Shown in pieces: positions 27,983-37,940 of a DNA stretch of 64,000 nucleotides. The translations under genes were made by a program, and so were the position numbers. How positions within the stretch are numbered: the stretch's first letter is position 1; each line of letters opens with the position of its first letter. Below the pieces are notes generated by a model, which was not told where the DNA came from, did no database searches, and saw only the letters and a program-made list of their open reading frames with translations. The stretch comes from Owenia fusiformis (Eukaryota): contig CAIIXF020000001.1 in NCBI GenBank assembly GCA_903813345.2, forward strand, positions 6,014,001 to 6,078,000. The letters run 5' to 3'.

Positions 27983-28079
27983 CTTCATGCCTCGACATTG
28001 GGCTGACAGCAGGGGATGATGTCATACTCAGAGGTGAAAATTTCCCCTCCTTTTCTCGTTTTTTCTTTGGCTGAATCAT
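27983..28079 (-). CDS. NWD-like gene, probable first coding exon
   Basis: ttgtag|AT ATG...: MIQPKKKREKEGKFSPLSMTSSPAVSPMSRHE|gtagga; phase 1 fits. The full CDS is 2913 nt (~970 aa). Confidence 0.7.
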
Positions 28080-28279
28080 ATCTACAATAAATAAAAAAGT
28101 GTTGTGTTGATATATGTTATATAGTCCAACACAATTTATCTATACAGGCCCGTGGCCAGAGGGGGAGATTCGGGGATTCGAGCGAACTCCCTCCTACCAA
28201 AAATTCTATCAAAATCAAAGTTGTCAAAAGTGAACCTCCCTGGAATTTTTTTATGAACAAATAGTTTGGAAGACAATAT

Positions 28280-29013
28280 AAACTAGAAAATGGCAACTCT
28301 ACGGAGTAGCAAATCCCAACGAACACTATATAAATCATCAATCTGTACAGTCACAATGTAATATCTACTCTTACCATCTACTCTTACCTTCAATAAATAT
28401 TTTAAATCATTGTAGTATCGGTAATGGTGAAATTTCTGCTCTAGTCAGCCATTTTGAATTTTCAGAGGCGCAAATCAAAAAAACAATGCCATAATTGTGA
28501 TCAACTCTGAAATTCCTTCAATTTGAGTATAATATAGCCATACTTTTAAGAGATCAGAAAATAATTGCAAAATCCTGCATTAGGCGGCCATTTTGAATTT
28601 TTTGAGGCCCGAATCAGAAAAACGCTACAATATTTGCAATCTTCTCTAAATTGCCTTTCATTTGAGTATAATAAAGCTATACTTCAAAAACATCTCAAAA
28701 TTAACGCAAATTCCAGTTTTTCCAATCCCCCATTTATGGCCCCTGAGGGTCAGGGTGAAAAACCCGGGATATATGTGAAATAGATAGATGTTGTTAATAT
28801 ACTACCAAAATTTCAAATAAAAATGTTTATTATTTTGGTTTAAAATGAAAAACATAAAATTTTTGCGAAAATTTTTTTTTGAATAAAACTATTCACCAAT
28901 ATACATCTTTCTACCAGATATGAAGAAAATCTGTCTGACTGACAGACTGATGGACTGACGGACAGATGGAGGGCTTCACTATATCCCTACAGAACTTCGT
29001 TCGTTGGGATAAT
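28280..29013 (+). mobile_element. Helentron-associated HINE/pearl-like element
   Basis: aactag start, internal tandem subrepeats, (GACA/GACG/GACT)n microsatellite and a terminal stem-loop atccc...gggat. Confidence 0.65.
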
Positions 29014-29611
29014 TATATATCTGCTTTATATGGGCTTATTAGCCTCTTGCAGATTATTGACATAGACAACAGAAACGTCGATTTAATACTATTTACTATT
29101 GTTACGTAACAGAACATGTTGGACGAGCAGATCTTACTGTTTTTTGAAGTTACACTTACGTAACAAACACGAAACGTTTCAGTAACCAGTGTAATTGAGT
29201 GCACCACCAGTGCTAAAGCCATTAGCCACACTGTGGCTAGTATGTATCCAACAGACTGACAGAAGTCAGTCTGTTATGATATACTACTTTCCTGTGGAAA
29301 TTGCAGTGAAATTTTTTGCACAAAATTATCAATTAGAGGAACCATTTCTTCAATAAAATAAGCATTACAAAATTTCAATTAAGTAGTAAGGTACAATTAA
29401 ATGCAATAAAAAGTAACACAGCATATTGTCAAGTGGAAATAAGGCTAGTTGAAGTAAAAATGTGCAAATTAATTTTACCAAATCGGCCATTTTGAATAGC
29501 ACTTCCTATGTAAACAAATATTACAAATTACCAATCTTTAACATAGGTGCCTTATAGTCTGAATATAATTCAGACTAAATAGGATATAGTCTAACACTGT
29601 GGCTTACTCAC

Positions 29612-29910
29612 GTCGAGAGCTACCATGTTAGATTTTGAAAGTATAGCTCTCCATCGTGAGGATCTCCCAGCTGAAGAATTGTGACATCTAAATTTGATCA
29701 GCGCCAGTCAGCGGCTTGCTGTTTGTCTCAAACTGTAGCCTACATAGAGTTAAAGTTCGAGTTAAAGTTTTACAGACCTATTTCCAATATGGCGGTTTGC
29801 TAGGTGCGAGATACGCAACGAACGAAATGAATTTTGAGAATTAGTTAGGTTCGGACAACCTCCGGAGATTTACGAAAATGTCCGAGCAGAAACCGCCATA
29901 TTGGAATTTG
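29612..29910 (-). promoter_or_regulatory. Putative promoter and non-coding first exon of the NWD-like gene
   Basis: Locally CpG-richer; strong donor GAC|gtgagt at 29611; inverted YY1-like AATATGGCGG motifs at 29782-29798 and 29890-29906. Confidence 0.5.
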
Positions 29911-32190
29911 GCAGTAAAACGATTCCGTCGACTAACAATTACAAGTCTTGATCGAAAAAGAAGTACTCCAGCACTCCAATACTTACACGGATTGATGATA
30001 CTGATGTAAGACACAGTTAGAGACCAAAAGTAAGCCGCGGATCGACTTAATTCGATTTCAAAGGTCACGATCATTGAGCTGTCCAAATGCTCCGTGGGAA
30101 AGCTATTATATCAAAATCCAAATAGCTTTCGCAGGAAGTATTATAGATTCTAATTGAAAGCCCATGGTCTAATTCTAGCCACAGACTCGAGTAAAGCGAG
30201 ACGTACAGAATTGGTATTTTAGCATGAAGTAGACGTGTTGAACTTCAGTACCACTACAACTTAACTAGAACTACATACCCTTGATTTATAGGCCTACATG
30301 CTGTTGTGGAGACTGTAAATTTTTACACGACGATCGAATCGATATCCGATGATAAAATTCTTCCTCTTGATAGATACCTACTAAGTGTCCGTGTGGCACT
30401 ATTGGCAATATAATGCTGTCTTTTGGCACTTGTGAAATTACCTAAATAGCCTACTTATATCAGCTATTTATAAGAGAAGCGATTGAAGAGAGAGTTGAAG
30501 CGAGTGTTTATCGTTGTCGTTATTGGCAAGGGTCAAGGTCTTAAATGAATTGTATCTATATTTCAAACTTAAACATCTTATGTGAAAATATTGAAACGAA
30601 AATACTATAATTAATAATATCACAGTTTATCACATCTCCCTTCAAGCTTTAAAAAGTATGGTAACCAGGACTAATCGTAGACTATCATATTTTAGGATAG
30701 TCTCAGATGGAATATTTGGCCAGGCCATGGGGAGTCACTCGCCTCTATGGGCCTAGGAAAACATTTAGTGCAACAAAAATTGTTGGGCATTCGGAAATGG
30801 GGCTGTTTGGGCATAAATATGCTGTTCATGCATTTTAAAACAGGAACTTGTAGCACTATCTATATTGCTTATCATCAGATATATTGACTCATATCTGACA
30901 TATAAGCATGCATCTCATAACAGTGCTAGACACAGGCAAAAAGATAATACTGAATTCTGTTGGTGCTGCCATCTTTATATCGGCCCAGAACCTATGGTGC
31001 TACACGTTCCAATGCCTTTTTAGGCCCAATGTAAATGGGCTTAATTTTCGAAATTTTGACCCAATATTTGATTTTTAGTGCCCGCTTATTTTTTCCTATT
31101 CCCAATTACCGATAAAATGCTTTTTATTTGAAAGGGGCCTCTTTATGATTGAATTTTTATTTACATAACCAGTAATGAAAATACTTATGATAGGCCTAAA
31201 AGTGAAAATGTAACTTGACTTCATTTCCAATGCCTCTAAATTTTCCCAATTTTTCTCAATTGATCGGAAATGGATTTTAAAAGAGGAGGGAAAGTATCGC
31301 AACAGATTAAAGGAACCCTTTAAAAGAATAAGTAATTCCTCTTCGATAAAGTGGAAACAATATTTCCCATGTTATTTTCCCAAAGGGAAAACTCATGCGA
31401 TCCATTTCTTTCAGCTAATTTTGGTCACCCATAATGGATATCTTTAAAAAACCCGGAGGAATTATATATTCTTTTATGTTATGTTATGTTATTTTATTTA
31501 CCATCTTTAGAAAGATGATGAGTAAGCCTACATATAAATATGTTCCAAAAATAAATAAAATTAAAAGTATGCCGAAAATACTACAAGTTATAATAGGTAT
31601 GTTAGATGAGCAAATTAACATGCGCATATGTCATTGCATGCTATTATTTACAATGATTTAAGTAAGAAGGTAATTCCTTCTTTTGTGCATTTCATATATC
31701 GTGTCCAGCAATGGAAGCATTATTTCAGAATCATATTCAATCCCTCCACCGAAAATGAAACATACGAATTTACAAAGGTTGTTGACTCCTAGTTTATATA
31801 ATTGTATCCTATATCTATATAAGCTTACGCTGGGCACGATAGTAATACATGCTGTACGTCTCCAGTGACATTTAAATTGCACATTAAACATACCTCGTTC
31901 AGACATTTGTTGTCCGTAATTACCTACCATGTATGTTCCTGATATCATTTTCATTATAACTTTACATTGTGCGGGTAAGCGTCTTGGAAAGCGCCTGGCA
32001 ACTTCCCACCATAAAAATGGTTTTAAAACAGTGAAACATCTCAATATTGGTCTCAGCGTTGGATACAAGGAGCTAAGAACGAAAAAACGTCTTGTCTCAA
32101 ACGACTTGACAACATTCATGACTTTTCTCTTCCAGACACATTTGAGTGGTGTCTTAGCAGTAGTTATCATATTCAAAACGTCACCATGTA

Positions 32191-32717
32191 CACTGCTACC
32201 CCTGCTACCCACCTAGTTACACAGACGTATCGTCGGTGTATCATGGCTGAACTACTTCCGGGATTTGAATTTGGTAAGATATTTTTATTTCTCGATTTAC
32301 ATCTACTTATAAGTCACGATGTGGATTATAATTTGGCTCGAAGTTATGGGAGATAGTCTAGTTTGGTTGGTATGTTAACGAAGACGCATTTCACATATTT
32401 AGTCCCTCGCTTTTGTTACACTGACGATCGGCATTAATATTGCCAATATTACACTGATATTGGTCGTTCGTCAGTGTAACAAAAGCGAGGGACTAAATAC
32501 GTGAATTGTGTCTTCGTTATCATATAAAACCTAAAACCATCGACACATTCTCAAACAAGACTATCTTCCTTAACTTCGAGCCAAATTATTATCCACAACG
32601 TGACTTATCAGTAGGTGTAAATCGGGAAATAAAAAAATCTTACCGAAACCTAGTCCCGGAAGTAGTTCCGCCATGATACACTGGCGATACGTCTGTGTAA
32701 CTAGGTGGGTAGCAGTG
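32191..32717. mobile_element. Fully palindromic MITE, CACTG termini, 5-bp TSD (Transib-like)
   Basis: ~260-bp inverted arms; ATGTA at 32186-32190 and 32718-32722; homologous to 567-964. Confidence 0.88.
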
Positions 32718-34669
32718 ATGTAGGTCGTATTTCGTATTTATTTTACTGTTCGAACAAGAGGTAAAGAAGTGTCAGATCTACTGTACATTATCACTGGTAA
32801 GTATCAAGCGAAGGTTACGGCCGTCACCTTCGCATTTAAGATGGCGGACAGGAAGTATTTATTTCGATATTTTCAGTTTTCATGGAATTAACTATTTGAA
32901 AGTTGACGTAATGCTTTGATATCATTTGAACTAAACCAAGCTTTTCTCATATGACTAACAAAGATAGCCTAGAGCCATCTTCACCCCATGCAAGATATTG
33001 CATCTTTCATCCTAAAAAGTCACACGTGCAAGATGAGATTTAGTTGTGACATCACTTGTTTAAAAACATCAATAATATAGCAACAAATATACTGAGTTTT
33101 TGGTTTCATGATCCTTACCATATCATACATTTCCATTAACCTTCCATTAAGCGTCACCGTACAGCTGATGCGTCGCCGCACAAATCTGATCTTTTTTAAA
33201 TAGCCTACACACAATGAATGGTTATTTGCTGAATCTTCGCCCGTTCTAAAATGTGTAAGTAACAAATACATATTCTCATAAAAATAATCCATTCTCTCAG
33301 ACTGTAGGAAAAATAATAACCAAACGAAATGTGGAAAAATCACTTTGGTCGATTATGTGGGCCGATTCACTCAGGAAAAATCCGGACAGTGCTCGTAAAA
33401 CTTTTATTATGTTTAAAACCATTTCTAAGAGAATGCTGTTTTTATTTCACATGAAATCGTATTTGTTTTCATCAAATTAATTTTTCAAAACCTTTGCCAT
33501 AGTTTTTTGCTTCAAAGCAGTCAATTTGCGTCACCGTACAGAAAACTGTACTCCGCTATTTTTTGACGCTGTGTTGAGACGATGGTTAGGCGTGTATGTA
33601 CAAAATAGCCAGCCACTCATTTAGCACACCATTGGAAATCCCACCTCGTCTTCCTTCTCATTCTTTCGCGTAAGTGAACGCATGGGACTTTACAGAAATA
33701 ATATCATACCTGCCATGTTATTTTCTGGTACACAGTGAAGAATGATGACATTTGTGTAGTTCCTTATTTTTTCTGGAAAATATGTCCTTGTATCTTGTTC
33801 AAGTGAATTATAAAAGAATTGAAGGCGGGATTGAACGCAATTCATTGTTACATGTAACTTGGAGAAGATTTCGAAAATTGAAAAGGTGGTATATTTTAAA
33901 TGTTTTCTTGAAACATCAGCATTTCCTGGAGTTGTGTCATTGGTCTCTTACCAGGTTTACTAAAATGAGATAATGCAAGGATACTTTGCTGAAAAAGCAA
34001 AAGATACCCACATACCTTTTTATACCATGCAGAAAATAGCATCGTGAGTAAATGCAGTTTTTTCAAAAATGTTTCCTTGAACTGTACCTCGTTAGGAAAC
34101 GAAAATAGTAAACAAGCAATACAACGTACACGCACGTTTTTGCTACGATTTGATAAAATGACATACAGTACACAGTTGGAAAGCTTTTCTCGCCTTTTTA
34201 ATCTCCTTTTCAGAAGAGTTGATTCAGACGCCCAGGGACTAAGAAATTAGTGTAACGCGGAAAATTTTAATAGTAGACAACAAAATATTAACGACGATAG
34301 ATGTTTTTGTCAATAATTTGAAATATCCAGCCACACATACATCACGGCATTGGAAAGCTTATGCCCGTCTTTAATCTCTTTTAGAAGAATCGTACGTTCG
34401 TTAATATTTAAGCCTATATAGTTCTCTTCAATCTGATTTATACGAAAATTAAACTCATGTGACTTATAAAAGAATGCGCACACAACTAGAGAAAAATGTT
34501 TGGCATTATGTAATTTATTGTTCTACTCTAGGCTAACTAATAACAACAAAATTACAGGAAAATTGATTCATAGAATGAAATGAATCAATTACCCCCACCA
34601 TCCGGAGAGGTTACATTGCATCGAAAGAACAAACCATGTATGAATTATGGCACCGTGGTGGGGGGGAGG

Positions 34670-34838
34670 GAGCCAAAAAATTACAAGCAATATAGCATTA
34701 TAACTAGCACATGTTGTCCGCTGCAAGGACAGTAGCAGAATAAGCAGATAACAGCCAGACACAAGAATTTTACATAACAGTTGAAGCATGCAGGAAACAT
34801 ATGTTGACCTGGTGATGACCCAGGCTGTCTTGAGAAAC
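34670..34838 (-). repeat. Direct repeat A2 of the YR retrotransposon
   Basis: Identical to 37772-37940 (offset 3102). Confidence 0.95.
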
Positions 34839-34844
34839 AGTGCC

Positions 34845-35210
34845 GTGGCGTAATGGCAGCCTTCTGCCTAGGGGGTACTCCAAGTTCCTTTGATATGCCC
34901 ATAAGCAGTGTGTCTAAGGGCCAGTTGCTTTGAAGTGGATTTGGTAAACCCATTTCTAAGTGTAATATCCTGATAATGTTAAGATATAATTTAATTGATG
35001 ATGGTCTAATGTGGTCACTAAGAAATGCCACATAACGAAGCAAATTAGACTGTGAAACAGGTGCTGGTGAATATCCCATTAACTTGCAGAAGTCTAGATA
35101 TTTAGCAAGATGTGCTGCATAAGTGCGCTTGGTGTTGTCTGTGTAGGTATATCCCCTAAGCTCTATGATTTTCCTGTCCAGGCTATTTTCCAGCTGTGCC
35201 ACTCTTTGAT
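34845..35210 (-). pseudogene. Tyrosine recombinase ORF3, N-terminal core-binding part only (truncated after ITP)
   Basis: YTDNTKRTYAAHLAKYLDFC...YVAFLS...SSIKLYLNIIRILH...GLPNPL...RQKAAITP, then runs into repeat A2; no catalytic R-HxxR-Y residues. Confidence 0.85.
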
Positions 35211-36842
35211 CTGAGGAAGAAGAAAAAGCATGGACTTTAGAGTCATATGGTGATGAAGAATCATTGCAGATAACTCTGAATTAGGGAAAATTCCTGGATA
35301 CAAAATAGCCTCTAATGTTAGAAAGTTTTTGGGCTCATTTAGTCTGGAAATTACATCTGGTAGAATATTGAGTTTCCCTGGGACATGAACGGCTCGAAGG
35401 TCAAAGTTATACTGAACAGATATCCAAAACATATGTCTCAATATTTCCATTATACCAGGATGTTTTGTTGTACCCCGATTAACAATAGTCATGGCCACTG
35501 TAGAGTCAGTATGAATCAGAATGCGTTTATTCACCAGTACATGTTTCCATCTAAGGATGGCAAAATATACTGAGAGGACTTCTTTATAATTAATATGATA
35601 GTCTTTGTATTGAGGTACGTCCATAGCAAAATTTACATACATCCAGTCTCCTTGATAAAAGAGGCCAGATGCTGTATTTGAAGCATCAACTTCAATGTCA
35701 ACAACAGGCTTACTGTCCAATATAAGCGCTATGCCATTGAATGAGTCAATACAGTTCAACCACCACTTAATATCCTCTTTGAATTCTTTCCCGATTTTGT
35801 ATTTATGTTTATTTCGTTTTAGCTTGCATATAGCATCAAGAACTCTCCTGGTGTAAATTCTACCGCCACGGATGACTTGTGCAGCCCAACTTAGCTTCCC
35901 AGCTAGCGATTCTAGCTGGGTACGTGTAGCTCGTTTAAGTAGCAGATATTGATTTAGCAAATTTTTAAAGTCTAGCAGTTTTTGTTGTGGTAACAGCATT
36001 TTCATTTTTTGCGAGTCTAGTTCCACCCCTAGAAATGTCAATACCTGAGACGGACCATCCACTTTACCCCAACTAATTCCAAAGCCGAGGTCACGAAGCA
36101 GTCTAATTAATGAATTTAAATGCTCCATGCATTCCTCTTGGGTTTGTGCAATTATCAAAAAATCATCCAAGTAAACATAGATGTCACTGCAGTTGTACTT
36201 TCTCTGCATTACGCGTTTTATACTTTGAGTGATACGATGGAATATTTCGGGCGATTTGCGAGCCCCAAACATAAGTCTTGTATCAATGATGTAATCATAT
36301 TTTTTACTATTGTTGAACTTCCATTTTAATCCAGCATATTGATAGTCTTGGGGGTGTATAGGAACGTATCGATACGCTTCACTTAAATCGACTTTGCACA
36401 TCCAGTATCCAGGATGTAGAGCCTTTGTTGCATCATTAATTGTGGTATACCTATAAGATTTAATTGTAGCATAATCGTTGACAGCACTACCTTGCGGTTG
36501 ACTGCAGTCATGTATTAATCGTATAGCCTCCGAATTGGGTTTTGGCACTGACCCTAATGCACTAATGATCGTTGGTTTATAATCCACTTTGATATAACGA
36601 TTATTGTCAATTTCTTTTATTATTTGATTTTCCACTTTCCACTTGTTCTCAGAACAAATAGCTGAATTATAATTGTTCATTTCTGCAGAGGTTGGGAAGG
36701 CATCCTCATCAATTATTCGAAATCCATTATAAATACCATTTAAAATAAAGTCCTTGTCATTATCTTCAGATAGTTCATTTTCCCATTTACTATAATTGAG
36801 GGGTGAGTTAATAGGTCCGTGAGAGGGGTGTTTTAGTTTCCC
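35163..36842 (-). CDS. Reverse transcriptase / RNase H (DIRS/Ngaro type), intact
   Basis: RLIHDCS, KVDLSEAYR, LMFGARKSPEIF, YLDD, FLGVELDS; RNaseH motifs DAS, HINYKE, HTDS, HVPGKLNILPDVISR. Confidence 0.95.
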   Translation of the reverse strand, partial: GKLKHPSHGPINSPLNYSKWENELSEDNDKDFILNGIYNGFRIIDEDAFPTSAEMNNYNSAICSENKWKVENQIIKEIDNNRYIKVDYKPTIISALGSVPKPNSEAIRLIHDCSQPQGSAVNDYATIKSYRYTTINDATKALHPGYWMCKVDLSEAYRYVPIHPQDYQYAGLKWKFNNSKKYDYIIDTRLMFGARKSPEIFHRITQSIKRVMQRKYNCSDIYVYLDDFLIIAQTQEECMEHLNSLIRLLRDLGFGISWGKVDGPSQVLTFLGVELDSQKMKMLLPQQKLLDFKNLLNQYLLLKRATRTQLESLAGKLSWAAQVIRGGRIYTRRVLDAICKLKRNKHKYKIGKEFKEDIKWWLNCIDSFNGIALILDSKPVVDIEVDASNTASGLFYQGDWMYVNFAMDVPQYKDYHINYKEVLSVYFAILRWKHVLVNKRILIHTDSTVAMTIVNRGTTKHPGIMEILRHMFWISVQYNFDLRAVHVPGKLNILPDVISRLNEPKNFLTLEAILYPGIFPNSELSAMILHHHMTLKSMLFLLPQIKEWHSWKIAWTGKS

Positions 36843-37744
36843 TGGTGTTCCTTCTGGGGGTGTTTCTTGAAACATTGCAGGCATAGATGCTCGAATCTGC
36901 AGTTTTCAAACCTGCAGATTCCTTTGTTGTAGTTACGACAAATAACATTGCCGTTAGGTGCTGTTACATTATTTTCAGCCCTCCTGTTTGTTGTTACCTT
37001 CTGTTTCAGATGGGTACTACAGATATGAGGGATATCTGTCCCCCATGCAAATCCTTTTAAAGCCTGGCGATATCTATATTCATCGTCATACAAAATGACA
37101 CTTTGCCAGGTATAGCATTCTGCCAGTTCATAGATGTTAATTTGGTATTCCAAGTAGGCTGCTACCTCAAATGAAGTATTGGTGGATATTAGATGAGTCA
37201 AAATTCTGTTACTCGCCTGCCCCCACTGTTCGATAGATACAGATTCGAGTCGAGGTTTCCTTGACGTGCGCATTACCAAGCTGGTCTCCCCGTCAGCGGC
37301 CATGACTTTGTCTTTGTTTGTAAGGGAACGCAAAGATGGACGCACAAAGTCTACTATCTTTAAATATTGCTCACCTTTGTTAGCGCTTGCACTGGCAGAT
37401 TGAGTTGTGTTATCCTGCGTACCTATCCCAAGTTGCTGTAAAACTTCGGATAACGAACGATCACCCTCTGCCTGTCTCTGCTGGGGGGTTTCTTCAGCTG
37501 ATGAGGACGTTTGTTCATCGACTGCAGCGAAGTTAGGGGTCTCGGGCCCTTGTCCAGCTTGCAGGACGGTCAAGCCTTTTTCCAACAGTCTATATTGTCC
37601 TATTGGCTTGATTTTCATTGCCTTCAGGTCATCGGGCAATGCCATACTTTTTAGTGACATCATGTTGGTAAATCCATTGTCACTGAGTGTCTTGATAGTG
37701 TCTGGTGATAGGCACCACTTCTCCAGGAAGTCTTCAAATTCCAT
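36833..37744 (-). CDS. Gag-like ORF1 with N-terminal SAM-like domain and C-terminal Cys/His finger
   Basis: ATG at 37744 just inside repeat A1; YTWQSVILYDDEYR motif; CRNYNKGICRFENCRFEHLCLQCFKKH. Confidence 0.88.
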   Translation of the reverse strand: MEFEDFLEKWCLSPDTIKTLSDNGFTNMMSLKSMALPDDLKAMKIKPIGQYRLLEKGLTVLQAGQGPETPNFAAVDEQTSSSAEETPQQRQAEGDRSLSEVLQQLGIGTQDNTTQSASASANKGEQYLKIVDFVRPSLRSLTNKDKVMAADGETSLVMRTSRKPRLESVSIEQWGQASNRILTHLISTNTSFEVAAYLEYQINIYELAECYTWQSVILYDDEYRYRQALKGFAWGTDIPHICSTHLKQKVTTNRRAENNVTAPNGNVICRNYNKGICRFENCRFEHLCLQCFKKHPQKEHQGN

Positions 37745-37771
37745 TATTTGGTTATTTATCCAAGGCAAAAA

Positions 37772-37940
37772 GAGCCAAAAAATTACAAGCAATATAGCAT
37801 TATAACTAGCACATGTTGTCCGCTGCAAGGACAGTAGCAGAATAAGCAGATAACAGCCAGACACAAGAATTTTACATAACAGTTGAAGCATGCAGGAAAC
37901 ATATGTTGACCTGGTGATGACCCAGGCTGTCTTGAGAAAC
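37772..37940 (-). repeat. Direct repeat A1 (5' end) of the YR retrotransposon
   Basis: Identical to 34670-34838. Confidence 0.95.

Larger units (their letters stand above)
34653..37940 (-). mobile_element. Ngaro/DIRS-type tyrosine-recombinase retrotransposon, internally deleted in YR
   Basis: Order gag - RT/RNaseH - YR with overlapping ORFs; no protease or DDE integrase; identical 169-bp direct repeats. The exact 3' end is uncertain. Confidence 0.9.

Noticed and set aside
31658-32212. 184-aa minus-strand ORF
   Set aside because: It starts inside a MITE, has no recognisable motifs and no splice support.
37745-37891. Hydrophobic N-terminal extension of the gag ORF, and the same peptide at 34589-34789
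   Set aside because: It is read through the terminal repeat. The ATG at 37744 is the more plausible start.
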